From IMG/VR virus record IMGVR_UViG_3300032050_014001, positions 13,119 through 77,118 of that record: a DNA stretch of 64,000 nucleotides. One strand, 5' to 3'. Source of the DNA: a virus (lineage: Duplodnaviria > Caudoviricetes). Shown one piece after another: positions 39,176 through 49,168 of this stretch. The translations under genes were made by a program, and so were the position numbers. Below the pieces are notes generated by a model. It saw nothing but the letters and a program-made list of their open reading frames with translations. It was not told the DNA's origin and did no database searches. How positions within the stretch are numbered: the first letter of the stretch is position 1; each line of letters opens with the position of its first letter.

Positions 39176-39930
39176 TATTTGATAATATAATTTACAGCTA
39201 GATAAGGCTGAATATTATTATGTGGCATATTTCCACCTGTATTTGTTAAAGCAATAATAGTAGATGCTGTTGTTTTTTCATCATACTTAGGATTGCGTTG
39301 GCCGTTTTTTCTGCGTTTTGCTTCATTTAAAACTGATGGGCTGTGTGGTGTTCTTGCCGTGTTAGTACCTCCATCATTTTCCCACCAATCAAATTTTGTT
39401 AAATCCAAATAATCATGGGTATGACCAACAGTATCACTATGCGTATGTGAAGCTAATTCACTCTCTGTTAAACGATGTCTATATTCACCACCAGTTTCAG
39501 CCAATGAAACTTCAATTCCCGTATCACCTAATAATATAGGTTGTTTGTTTGTGCCGCAATATCCTAAAGGTATTTTCCCTCTAAAGTCAGGTAATATGAA
39601 TGTTTCTCCAGTAGTAGTACCATATATACCGCCTATCACTTTATATAGTTCTGAGTATCTAACCCGCGAAACGGCCTGGCCATTACATACCAGCCATCCA
39701 TCGAGTTTATCAAATTGTGTTATATCACCAGCATACATCTTTACACAACCAACAGGAATTTGTTTTAACAACATTTTATTGACAGCTGCTTCAATATATT
39801 TTGAAATATCACTAGTTGTTGTATAACGCGTTTCGAGAACTTTGTTTACTTCTTGATTAACAACAAAAACATCATTTTCATCAAGCGGGTATGCTTTTTG
39901 CAATTCTGATATTTTTATCATATTATCCAT
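39172..39930 (-). CDS. Tail-collar domain short fibre, paralogue 3
   Basis: PVGCVKMYAG, GWLVCNG, LPDFRG, ELASHTH, HNNIQP...NYIIKY. Confidence 0.85.
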   Translation of the reverse strand: MDNMIKISELQKAYPLDENDVFVVNQEVNKVLETRYTTTSDISKYIEAAVNKMLLKQIPVGCVKMYAGDITQFDKLDGWLVCNGQAVSRVRYSELYKVIGGIYGTTTGETFILPDFRGKIPLGYCGTNKQPILLGDTGIEVSLAETGGEYRHRLTESELASHTHSDTVGHTHDYLDLTKFDWWENDGGTNTARTPHSPSVLNEAKRRKNGQRNPKYDEKTTASTIIALTNTGGNMPHNNIQPYLAVNYIIKY

Positions 39931-39963
39931 AGATTATCTTTATTTAAGGTTTATGATATTTTT

Positions 39964-40545
39964 ATGAGTACATATGTCTCTACTAAGATAATTGAATTGG
40001 GTTCTTGTGCATTTAGACAATGGAAAGCTGTACAATCCCATTGTAGTCGCGTCCATGGATATCAGTTAAAGGCTAAATTTTGGTTTGGTTGTTCAGAATT
40101 AGACGAACGTAATTGGGCTGTAGACTTTGGTGGCCTCAAAGAACTTAAAGCAAAATTACAGGATCAATTTGATCATACATTATGTATTGCAGCTGATGAT
40201 CCTCAATTGTCTTTATTTCAACAATTACATGATGCAAAGGCTTGTGATTTAAGAATCATGCCTAACGGTGTTGGTATTGAAAGAACAGCAGAATTCTGTT
40301 TCAATCTCGCATCAGAACATATCAAGACATTAACAAATGGAAGGTGTTGGGTAGAGAAAGTAGAAGTATGGGAGCACGATCTTAATTCTGCGACATATGA
40401 AGGTAAAACTTTAACAGAAGCTGTTGTACAAGCAGCTACAACACCAGTACCACCAGCATCAACGCGAGTAAGTCATGGTGCAGCCGTTGGTAATCAAGTA
40501 ACAACAGGGTTGGGTGGTTTATTTAAAGGAACTAGCTGGGGATGA
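39964..40545 (+). CDS. queD: 6-carboxy-5,6,7,8-tetrahydropterin synthase QueD
   Basis: SHCSRVHGY, VDFGGLK, FDHT, VEVWEH; upstream TAGATT-N16-TATGAT-N6-ATG. Confidence 0.88.
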   Translation: MSTYVSTKIIELGSCAFRQWKAVQSHCSRVHGYQLKAKFWFGCSELDERNWAVDFGGLKELKAKLQDQFDHTLCIAADDPQLSLFQQLHDAKACDLRIMPNGVGIERTAEFCFNLASEHIKTLTNGRCWVEKVEVWEHDLNSATYEGKTLTEAVVQAATTPVPPASTRVSHGAAVGNQVTTGLGGLFKGTSWG

Positions 40546-40742
40546 TAAAAAGAGAAAGAGATCCTAATTTAGTAGGACTTGAAAATAATATATTTTCAAA
40601 AATGAATGAAATTTTGGGGCCCGATATAAAACAATCGAGCCCTAAAACAGATGTAAAATTTGTTTCTTTCGAAGATGCTTTAAAAGAATTATTAGAATTA
40701 GAAAAATCTAGTGTTGTACCGTCTCTAACTTCTTCACAATAA
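40542..40742 (+). CDS. Small hypothetical protein
   Basis: ATGA overlap with queD stop. Confidence 0.4.
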   Translation: MIKRERDPNLVGLENNIFSKMNEILGPDIKQSSPKTDVKFVSFEDALKELLELEKSSVVPSLTSSQ

Positions 40743-41475
40743 ATTTAAGAATCTGAGATCTTACAACTTCATTTTCTGTGAAGAGGAAGGTATGAATACC
40801 TTGTTCTTCACTTTCTTCATTATTAAAGACATGTCTAATTTTGGAGAATCCTGATTTATTTCCAATATCTGCTTGAAATGAATCACCTATAATAATATAT
40901 TTTGAATTCTCTCCGAAACGTGTCAAAATAGTTGTTAATTCAGCAGAATTCATATTCTGTGCTTCATCTACAATAACGACAGAATCTCTGAATGTTAAAC
41001 CACGGACGAAATTAACAGGCATACATTTAACAAAATTATCTCTCATGAGATCTCCGCCAATTTTAGGGCCTACTAATTCATCTAGTTTCTCTATCAAAGG
41101 TAATGACCATGGTTGAAACTTTTCTTGCAATTCGCCAGGCAAAGATCCCATACTTTTCGAAGCGCTTTCTACTATACTTCTAATATAGATAATATTATTA
41201 ATAGATTTTGTTTTGAGCATTTGTAATCCAGCTAAAACCGCAAGATAGGTCTTGGCTGTTCCGGCGGGCCCATCAACAAATACCATTTTTGTTTGATCAT
41301 ACATTAGCATTTCAAGGAATGAATTATGAACATCATTCAGTTTGAATTTGTTTTGTATTTTAAAATTACAAAACCAATCTTTTCGTTTGCTAACTTCTAG
41401 GTTATGAAGAAGTACATCTGCATCTAATTTGAGATCCTCTTCTTCTTGCATCCGTTTTCTGGTTTTCTTGGCCAT
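40708..41475 (-). CDS. phoH: PhoH-like ATPase
   Basis: GPAGTAKT, GSLPG, FVRGLTF, VDEAQN, LTRFGENSK, GDSFQ, VRS. Confidence 0.93.
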   Translation of the reverse strand: MAKKTRKRMQEEEDLKLDADVLLHNLEVSKRKDWFCNFKIQNKFKLNDVHNSFLEMLMYDQTKMVFVDGPAGTAKTYLAVLAGLQMLKTKSINNIIYIRSIVESASKSMGSLPGELQEKFQPWSLPLIEKLDELVGPKIGGDLMRDNFVKCMPVNFVRGLTFRDSVVIVDEAQNMNSAELTTILTRFGENSKYIIIGDSFQADIGNKSGFSKIRHVFNNEESEEQGIHTFLFTENEVVRSQILKFIVKKLETVQH

Positions 41476-41524
41476 TAAACTTATTTATGGGTGATTTGCA
41501 TACATGCCCACGTTATTATAAAAC

Positions 41525-42277
41525 ATGGATAATTTAGATGATAATGAAACAATGTTTATCTCTGATGATAAACTCTTTTATACGTTAGAAGGAGAAGGTA
41601 AGTATGTCGGCATGCCCTCTGTATTCTTACGTTTATCAATGTGTAATCTTACTTGTAAAGGATTTGCATCTCCTGATTCGCCGCATGGATGTGATTCATT
41701 TGTTTCTTGGTCTGTTAAGAACAAGATGACATTTAAAGAGATTGATCAATATATGCTTGATAATGGCTTTATTGAGAGATTAAAAGCTGGGGCTATCCTT
41801 AAGCTTACTGGAGGAGAACCTTTTTTACAAGAAAAGAAATTATTAAAATTTATTAGTTATTTTGAATTAAAAAATGGATTTATTCCAAAAATTGATTTTG
41901 AAACAAATGGTACATTGGTGCCTTCAGATGAATGGTTAGATCTAGGTGCGACATTTACTGTATCGCCAAAATTATCTTCTAACGGCGATCCAGAGAAGAA
42001 GCGATATAATCTTGATGCTCTAAAATGGCATAAGAATAGTAATCGTTCATCTTTTAAATTTGTGGTTCAATCTGAAGATGATATTGATGAAATTGTTGAA
42101 AAATATATTAATAAATTATTTTTAGATAATAAAGATATTTGGTTTATGCCTTGTTGCGGTTCTCGAGTAGAACATACTGAAAAAGCAACACAAGTAGCTG
42201 AATGGGCTAAGCAATGGAATGTTAATTTTTCACCTAGGTTACATTTAGTACTTTGGAATAAAGCTCTTAAAGTTTAA
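41525..42277 (+). CDS. queE: 7-carboxy-7-deazaguanine synthase QueE (radical SAM)
   Basis: FYTLEGEG..VGMPSVFLR, CNLTC..CDS, LTGGEP, FETNG, TVSPKL, FKFVV, RLH. Confidence 0.92.
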   Translation: MDNLDDNETMFISDDKLFYTLEGEGKYVGMPSVFLRLSMCNLTCKGFASPDSPHGCDSFVSWSVKNKMTFKEIDQYMLDNGFIERLKAGAILKLTGGEPFLQEKKLLKFISYFELKNGFIPKIDFETNGTLVPSDEWLDLGATFTVSPKLSSNGDPEKKRYNLDALKWHKNSNRSSFKFVVQSEDDIDEIVEKYINKLFLDNKDIWFMPCCGSRVEHTEKATQVAEWAKQWNVNFSPRLHLVLWNKALKV

Positions 42278-42278
42278 T

Positions 42279-42686
42279 ATGGATACACAAAAAGTTTCAA
42301 AAATCTTTATCATGAATGGTGATAAAGTGTTACTCTTGTTATCTAAACACTTAAACAAATATCATTTACCCGGTGGTCATGTAGATCAAAATGAAACATT
42401 CGAACAAGCTCTGCAGAGAGAAGTTCATGAAGAAACAGGACAACAATTAAAATATTACCATCGTATAGGATTTACTAGTTATAATATTTGTTTATATATT
42501 GGTAAATTAAAATCCAATCATATCAAATTATCAGATGAACATTTAAAATATATTTGGGCACCTGTTAAAGATGCTTTAAAATTAAATGTATGTAAATTTA
42601 CATTTAGAGATATTCGATATTTACAAACCATTTTAAATGTAACAAAAAACACTGTTATTGACTCTACTGAAGAAGAAGATAATTAA
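42279..42686 (+). CDS. Nudix hydrolase
   Basis: Nudix box GGHVDQNETFEQALQREVHEETG; LSDEH..Y.W. Confidence 0.9.
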   Translation: MDTQKVSKIFIMNGDKVLLLLSKHLNKYHLPGGHVDQNETFEQALQREVHEETGQQLKYYHRIGFTSYNICLYIGKLKSNHIKLSDEHLKYIWAPVKDALKLNVCKFTFRDIRYLQTILNVTKNTVIDSTEEEDN

Positions 42687-42690
42687 TATT

Positions 42691-43434
42691 ATGAGAATTG
42701 CAATTAGTGGTACATCAAATATTGGAAAAACCACGTTAATCGAGGACTTCATTAAAGAATGGCCAAATTATACAAAAAATAATTATACTTATCGTTCTTT
42801 ATTAAAGAATCATAGTAAGAGTACGGATCAAGATACACAATGGATGATCTTGAATAATATGATTGATGAGTTACAAAAGTATAGTAAAGATGATTATGTA
42901 ATTTTTGATCGATGCCCACTAGATAATTTAATTTATTCACTTTGGGCAAATGGATATAAAAAAGTAGATGATGCATTTATTTCTAAATGCATTCCTTTAG
43001 TAAAAGAAAGTATGAAATTTTTGGATATTATTTTCTTTTTACCCATATCAAAGATGTCTCCAGTACCAATTGTTAATGACGGTAGACGTGAATCTGATCC
43101 TGAATATATTCAAGAAATTGATAATATTTTTAAAGCTATTGTTCAGCAATATCAATGTAATTTAAATTCTACACCATTTTTTCCAGCTGACGATTCGCCG
43201 GGTGTAATTGAAATTTTCGGTAATAGAGAGCAACGTATCCAATTAATTAAGCAATATTTAAATGCAAATGGTGATGTCTTTGGAGCAGAGCATGATACAT
43301 TATTTTCTGAAGAAAACCTCAAAGAATTAAAAGCTCTTCTAGAAGAACAAAAAGACACACACTATTCAGAACAATTCAAGAAAGAGCAAATTGCAATGCT
43401 TAATGAATTAAAGAAAGAAATTAGTAAGTCCTAA
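42691..43434 (+). CDS. P-loop NTPase, nucleotide-kinase/AAA_28-like
   Basis: IAISGTSNIGKTT, IFDRCPLD.L.Y, DGRR; start at MRIAISG 42691. Confidence 0.75.
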   Translation: MRIAISGTSNIGKTTLIEDFIKEWPNYTKNNYTYRSLLKNHSKSTDQDTQWMILNNMIDELQKYSKDDYVIFDRCPLDNLIYSLWANGYKKVDDAFISKCIPLVKESMKFLDIIFFLPISKMSPVPIVNDGRRESDPEYIQEIDNIFKAIVQQYQCNLNSTPFFPADDSPGVIEIFGNREQRIQLIKQYLNANGDVFGAEHDTLFSEENLKELKALLEEQKDTHYSEQFKKEQIAMLNELKKEISKS

Positions 43435-44182
43435 CAACCTTAATAATATAGGTAGGTTTTTCATCCAAAACATCAGCTGTAAAATCCACAACATCTTCAT
43501 TGATGGTTTGTGGATTTTCTTGTGTTACACCCTGACTTGTGGCATAATAATTATTGGTAATAAAATCTTTAATAGCCGTTTCGAATCCATACCAATCAAA
43601 TGCACATACTAGCCCAGTTGTGGTCTGAATATTCATTTGTGCTGTATTAATACTTAATCCTTTACTTCTCAAGTCTGATGTAACAGAGCCTTGTATAGCA
43701 GTATTATTTTTCTTAAATGGGGCATATACTGAAAAAGTACCCCAACCAGCATCTGTATTATTAATGTCGGTTATATAACAAGGATAAAGACATGCAGTTT
43801 CATTAGCAGGTATTACAATAAAATCTTTATCTTCTAAAAATTCTAATTCTTTAGGCGGAATGGGATCCAAATAAGAAGTTGCTGTATGTCCTGAATCAAT
43901 AGTAATATTTGCAGTACCTATATATACTTGTTTAAAGTTATCATAAATTTCTGTTGATAATGTATCGATAGTACTTATTAAATTTTCATTAATAGCTACT
44001 ACATCATTTGCTATAGTTGACACAGTTACTGATAGAGTAGTATTTTCTGGTCCAATGATAAAATTTTCATAATCGATAATAGAAGTACCATCAGGTGTTT
44101 CTAATACCAAATAATCACCAGCAGCTACATTTTCTACCACCGGCAAATCAAGAATATTAATATCGTCTTTTTTAATAGCCAT
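43421..44182 (-). CDS. Hypothetical late (probably structural) protein
   Basis: TAAATA-N6-ATG; N-terminal ILDLP...GDYL resembling the ISEL/ISNL N-termini of the fibre paralogues. Confidence 0.5.
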   Translation of the reverse strand: MAIKKDDINILDLPVVENVAAGDYLVLETPDGTSIIDYENFIIGPENTTLSVTVSTIANDVVAINENLISTIDTLSTEIYDNFKQVYIGTANITIDSGHTATSYLDPIPPKELEFLEDKDFIVIPANETACLYPCYITDINNTDAGWGTFSVYAPFKKNNTAIQGSVTSDLRSKGLSINTAQMNIQTTTGLVCAFDWYGFETAIKDFITNNYYATSQGVTQENPQTINEDVVDFTADVLDEKPTYIIKVVRTY

Positions 44183-44209
44183 TGATTTTATTTACGTAAA
44201 AATTAAAAT
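44182..44209 (+). promoter_or_regulatory. Sigma70-like promoter for glycan island
   Basis: TTGATT-N16-TAAAAT-N5-ATG 44215. Confidence 0.55.
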
Positions 44210-44214
44210 AAACT

Positions 44215-45153
44215 ATGAACATTTTAGTTACAGGTGGATATGGTTTTATCGGTAGTAATTTTATTAATTTTATCGCTAAAAAAGATGAAGTAAAACAGAT
44301 TTTGAATATTGATTCAATGACATATGCTGCGAATAAAAATAATGTTATTGATAATTCAAAAATTATTCCAACTTCACCGACTGACATCCGTGAAACAACA
44401 TTTATCTCTAAATTACTAGACGAGCAACAAATCACACATATTATTCACTTTGCGGCTGAAAGTCATGTGGACAATAGTATTAATGGACCAGAAGCTTTTA
44501 TTAACACCAATATTAAGGGCACATTTTCTCTCCTAGAAGCGGCAAAACAATATGATAAATTAGAAAGATTTCATCATGTATCAACAGATGAAGTATATGG
44601 ATCATTAGGACCTATAGGTTTTTTTAAAGAATCTACACCTTACAATCCACGGTCACCGTATTCAGCATCAAAAGCTGCTTCAGATCACTTAGTAAACGCC
44701 TATCATCATACCTACGGATTGAATACTACAATTAGCAATTGTTCCAATAATTATGGGCCCAATCAACACACAGAAAAATTGATTCCAAAAATTATTACTA
44801 ATTTAAATCAAAATAAAAAAATTCCAATTTACGGAACGGGTCAAAATGTTCGAGATTGGTTGTATGTAGAAGATCATTGTGAAGCTATTTGGAAGATACT
44901 TTTAAAAGGAAAATCTGGCGATACCTATAATGTAGGCGGTGATTGCGAGATGAATAATTTACAAATCGCAAAAGTTATTTGTAAATTATTAGGTAAAGAT
45001 CCTGAAGAATATATAGAGTTTGTAGAAGACCGAAAAGGACATGACTTCAGATATGCTATTGACTTTTCAAAAATCAATAATGAATTGGGTTGGCTTCCAA
45101 AAATATCTTTTGAAACTGGACTCAAGAAGACTATTGATTTTTATATAAAATAA
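44215..45153 (+). CDS. rmlB: dTDP-glucose 4,6-dehydratase
   Basis: TGGYGFIGSNF, FAAESHVDNSI, HVSTDEVYGSL, SPYSASKA, RKGHDFRY. Confidence 0.95.
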   Translation: MNILVTGGYGFIGSNFINFIAKKDEVKQILNIDSMTYAANKNNVIDNSKIIPTSPTDIRETTFISKLLDEQQITHIIHFAAESHVDNSINGPEAFINTNIKGTFSLLEAAKQYDKLERFHHVSTDEVYGSLGPIGFFKESTPYNPRSPYSASKAASDHLVNAYHHTYGLNTTISNCSNNYGPNQHTEKLIPKIITNLNQNKKIPIYGTGQNVRDWLYVEDHCEAIWKILLKGKSGDTYNVGGDCEMNNLQIAKVICKLLGKDPEEYIEFVEDRKGHDFRYAIDFSKINNELGWLPKISFETGLKKTIDFYIK

Positions 45154-45166
45154 AGTTAATAAATAT

Positions 45167-45949
45167 ATGTCAAAAATAGGTTTAGGTATTCTTACGTATA
45201 AGAGACCTGATTACTTTAAAGAATGTATCAAACGAATTGATAATAGCAAAATAAATGAAATTGTGGTTGTCAACGACGGCACACCTTATGATTTTGATGT
45301 TCCTTATCATTTAATACAACATGCCAAAAACAAAGGAATTGGTATTTCAAAGAACGATGCTTTGAAATATTTGCAATCAAAAGACTGTGATTATTATTTT
45401 TTAATGGAGGATGATATCCTTATAAAGGACAATAATGTTTTTATAAAATATATAGAGGCTTCACTTGAAACAGGCATTCAACATTTTAATTATAGTCAAC
45501 ATGGATTGATGAATAAAAAACCAGGTACTGAAATTCCCAATCCTCGTACTAGAATTGATTATAAAAATAATGTATCTATAGATTTGCATATGCATTGCGT
45601 TGGTGCATTTTCTTTTTATACTAAACGTTGTTTAGCTGAATCAGGATTAATGGATGATTTTTATTTTAATGCAACCGAACATTTGGATCATACCTATACT
45701 ATTATTAAAAAAGAGATGCATCCTCCTTTTTGGTGGTTTGCTGATATAGCTAATTCAAATCAATATCTAGAAGACTTTCCATGGTCACCGTCTACTAGTA
45801 CTATTTCACAAAGTAACAACCGTAGTGAAATTATTGCAAAGTCTTACGAACATTTTACTAAGAAACATGGTCATCATATATTACAGACACCCAATTTACC
45901 TTTAGATCAGGTAAAGGAAAAATTAAAACAAATTTATAAAAACAAATGA
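45167..45949 (+). CDS. Glycosyltransferase family 2
   Basis: ILTYKR, VVVNDG, NKGIGISKN, LMEDD. Confidence 0.85.
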   Translation: MSKIGLGILTYKRPDYFKECIKRIDNSKINEIVVVNDGTPYDFDVPYHLIQHAKNKGIGISKNDALKYLQSKDCDYYFLMEDDILIKDNNVFIKYIEASLETGIQHFNYSQHGLMNKKPGTEIPNPRTRIDYKNNVSIDLHMHCVGAFSFYTKRCLAESGLMDDFYFNATEHLDHTYTIIKKEMHPPFWWFADIANSNQYLEDFPWSPSTSTISQSNNRSEIIAKSYEHFTKKHGHHILQTPNLPLDQVKEKLKQIYKNK

Positions 45950-46677
45950 ATGATATTACTTTAGCTACATGTTCATACAATACACCAGATGTGACTTTAA
46001 CTATGTTAAAGTCGTTTTTTAAATTTCATGATCAGACATCTGTTTTAGTTTGTGATAATTCTACAAATGATGATACTTCAAAATTATTGCAAGATCATCG
46101 TGTTAATTTTATTAAAAATAAAAACGGATTACATGCACCATCAGTAGATATACTAATTGATAATTGTAAAACAAAATATATGCTATTGGTAGATACTGAT
46201 ATTATTTTTCTCAAAGCACACGAAGATATTTTCAAACAATTCAAATTAATGGATTTAACATTGATGGGAGAAATTTGTGGTGATCGTGGCGGCAAGCGGC
46301 TACACAACAGAGTTCACCCGTGGCATTGTTTTATAAATATTGAAAAAATAAAAAATAAAAATATAAAATTTTTTGATATTGTCAGACACCAAAACAATAA
46401 GACAGATAAAATATATGATGTAGGGGCAACTTTTTTTGAAGATATAAAGAAAAATAATTTAAAAATAGGAAATGTAAATTTACAAGATGTTTACTTTAAA
46501 CATTACGAAGGTATGTCATGGCGAGTTTTAAAGTATGGAAAAAAAGACGGAAATATTGATCTAGATCCTTCTGCTACTCATAATAATAGTGAATTGCTAA
46601 AATATGGTAAGTTTGTTGAAAGAATGTATCAAATTGAAATAGAAAATTATAAAAATAATAAAATACAAGCAATTTAA
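45946..46677 (+). CDS. Glycosyltransferase family 2-like
   Basis: SYNT, VCDNST, LLVDTD, YDVG. Confidence 0.8.
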   Translation: MNDITLATCSYNTPDVTLTMLKSFFKFHDQTSVLVCDNSTNDDTSKLLQDHRVNFIKNKNGLHAPSVDILIDNCKTKYMLLVDTDIIFLKAHEDIFKQFKLMDLTLMGEICGDRGGKRLHNRVHPWHCFINIEKIKNKNIKFFDIVRHQNNKTDKIYDVGATFFEDIKKNNLKIGNVNLQDVYFKHYEGMSWRVLKYGKKDGNIDLDPSATHNNSELLKYGKFVERMYQIEIENYKNNKIQAI

Positions 46678-46694
46678 TTATATAGGAGTTTTAT

Positions 46695-47528
46695 ATGTCA
46701 AGTAATATTACGTTCGTAACACATTTAAGATTAGATCATCAAGACAGAATAGATAATCTCCAAACTATTTTAAATTATTATTCTTTAAATTATCCTGAAG
46801 CTAAATTTATTTTTATTGAAGACGACTCTGAACACAGAAAAGAATTTGAACAAGTAAAATGGCCCATGGGCAGAACATCTTTTTACTTTATACCAAATGA
46901 CAGCTTCTATTATAGAACAAGAGCTCTTAATTATGGAATTAAAAGAGCTAAAACTCCAATTGTAGTTTCCTTAGATACTGATTGTATTGTTCCTGTAGAT
47001 TCTTTTAATAAATGTGTTGTTTCTCTTTTAAAAGACGCAACTATCGCATGGCCATATAATGGATATTTTATTGATACCTCATATGCTCTTCATCAAAATT
47101 TTATTTCATCTGGTTACAAATATAATACTTTTTTTGAAAAACTTCCTGCAATATCTTCTTTAATGATGGGGAATTTTTACGGAGATTTATCCGTGAGATG
47201 TGATAATAAACATCACCAGGGAGTAGGGGGAATTGTTATGCTTAATAAAGAACGGTTTTTAGAAATTGGGGGATATAATGAAAAATTTATTTGTTGGGGC
47301 GCTGAAGATAATGAATTATTTACGCGATGTGATATTCTAAATCATAAAAAATTTAGAGATGAAGATTTAAATTCTATATGTTTTCATTTATTTCATAAAA
47401 ATGCTATAAGATCGGTGCACCCCTACTATCAATCTAATTGTGACGAACTCACTAAAGTAGAAAAAATGAACAAAGAAGAATTGCAAAATTATATTAAAAC
47501 ATGGAAACAATATGAAGGTAAAACATAA
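46695..47528 (+). CDS. GT7/GT2-like galactosyltransferase
   Basis: LNYG, LDTD, GGYNEKFICWGAED, FHLFH. Confidence 0.85.
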   Translation: MSSNITFVTHLRLDHQDRIDNLQTILNYYSLNYPEAKFIFIEDDSEHRKEFEQVKWPMGRTSFYFIPNDSFYYRTRALNYGIKRAKTPIVVSLDTDCIVPVDSFNKCVVSLLKDATIAWPYNGYFIDTSYALHQNFISSGYKYNTFFEKLPAISSLMMGNFYGDLSVRCDNKHHQGVGGIVMLNKERFLEIGGYNEKFICWGAEDNELFTRCDILNHKKFRDEDLNSICFHLFHKNAIRSVHPYYQSNCDELTKVEKMNKEELQNYIKTWKQYEGKT

Positions 47529-48390
47529 AGTTAAATTAACATGTAATTGGTGCTCTGACGAGGCATTGTATGAAAGATTTACGCGTTGTTATGTAAGTGA
47601 ACATAATTTTAATTCAGATATCCAATTTACAAATTCTAATACATATGATTGGTTAGTTATAATTAACGCTCCTCGTTACAAAATTAATTTTCCTAAAGAA
47701 AAAACATTAGGAGTTATTATGGAACCTACATGGTCTCCGGCTCATCAAATGAGACCAACTTTAGAATATTATTGCAATCATATTTTATTTCATAAAAAAA
47801 CAGACAACTCCCAATACATTTTTCATCCGGGTTTACTACCTTACCATTTTGATTATGAAGTTGGAAATAATTTAGATTATTATATAAATACTAAGTTTTT
47901 ATCAAAAACAAAAAAATGTAGCATGGTTGTTACTTACAATGACAACAATATCCATCCTGAGTGTTTATATAAACAAAGAGTTAATTTTGCAAAATTAATT
48001 TTAAAAACAAATCTTGACGTAGACATTTATGGTACAGGTTGGGATACATGCGGGATTTTGGATCAAAGAATAAAAGGACAGCTTATTAATAAAAAAAATG
48101 GTCTACTTGATTATGAATTTTCAATTGCAATTGAAAATTGTGTAGAACAGGGGTTTTTTACAGAAAAAATTTCAGACTGTATATTGACAGATTCGACGCC
48201 CATATATTTTGGATGCCCCGATATTGATTTGTATTTAAATAATATTTGCAAATTAACACATCTAAATGACACAACAGAATTAGCTTCTATTTTAAACACA
48301 AAACCATTAGAACAACATAAAACAATTTTTGCAACAAAATATAATTTATATAGTGCAATTACCAAATATATAAAACATCAAACCATATGA
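47512..48390 (+). CDS. GT10-like (fucosyltransferase-family) glycosyltransferase
   Basis: YEFSIAIEN...FTEKISD...PIYFG signature. Confidence 0.8.
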   Translation: MKVKHKVKLTCNWCSDEALYERFTRCYVSEHNFNSDIQFTNSNTYDWLVIINAPRYKINFPKEKTLGVIMEPTWSPAHQMRPTLEYYCNHILFHKKTDNSQYIFHPGLLPYHFDYEVGNNLDYYINTKFLSKTKKCSMVVTYNDNNIHPECLYKQRVNFAKLILKTNLDVDIYGTGWDTCGILDQRIKGQLINKKNGLLDYEFSIAIENCVEQGFFTEKISDCILTDSTPIYFGCPDIDLYLNNICKLTHLNDTTELASILNTKPLEQHKTIFATKYNLYSAITKYIKHQTI

Positions 48391-49121
48391 ACAATAAAAT
48401 TCATTGCATATCTTATGCTTCAAATCATTTCATTCCGAGGTCTACTACTTTTTTGAATGAAGCAAACTCTTTTAATTTGTTTTCTTCAATTGATATACAT
48501 TCTCCGGACACAATAACACAATCATTTAAAGAAAACTATAAAGATATATTAAAAATGCCTCGCGGAGGAGGATATTGGCTATGGAAATTAGATATTTTGA
48601 CTCAAAAATTTAATTCAATTTCTACAGGAGATATAGTATTTTACTTGGATGTTGGGTGCACCATAAACAATACCCCAAAATCTATGCATAGATTTTGGGA
48701 ATATATTGATATAATTAACGATAATTCGTTTTTAAGATTTCAACTAACACATCCAGAGATTTGCTATACTAATAGCACAGCTTTGCAATTTTTTGCTAAA
48801 AAATATAAAATTAATTTGGATGATATTTCAAATACTAATCAATTTTCAGCCACAATTTTCGGAATGAAAAAAGATAATACTAGTTTAAACTTTTTAAACG
48901 AACTAACCAATATTATTAAAGAAAATCCGCATTTAATTACTGATGAGTATAATTTAATTTGTAAAAATGATAAATTCATTGATCATCGGCATGATCAATC
49001 TCTATTGAGTCTACTTCATAAGTGTCTAAATTTAAAATATAGTATGCAAGATGAAACATATAGTTTAGATTGGTCAGAATTGTCTCATGTTCCTTTCTTG
49101 GCGACAAGAAAGAGATCATAA
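48387..49121 (+). CDS. Putative glycosyltransferase
   Basis: RGGGYWLWK, YLDVG, HRHDQSLLS motifs in a glycan cluster. Confidence 0.6.
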   Translation: MNNKIHCISYASNHFIPRSTTFLNEANSFNLFSSIDIHSPDTITQSFKENYKDILKMPRGGGYWLWKLDILTQKFNSISTGDIVFYLDVGCTINNTPKSMHRFWEYIDIINDNSFLRFQLTHPEICYTNSTALQFFAKKYKINLDDISNTNQFSATIFGMKKDNTSLNFLNELTNIIKENPHLITDEYNLICKNDKFIDHRHDQSLLSLLHKCLNLKYSMQDETYSLDWSELSHVPFLATRKRS

Positions 49122-49168
49122 ATTACATTTTTTATATTAAATTAATTAATTAATAATATAATATATAT

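Noticed and set aside
36847-39930. Diversity-generating retroelement or invertible fibre cassette
   Set aside because: No reverse transcriptase, TR/VR pair, invertase or inverted crossover sites seen.
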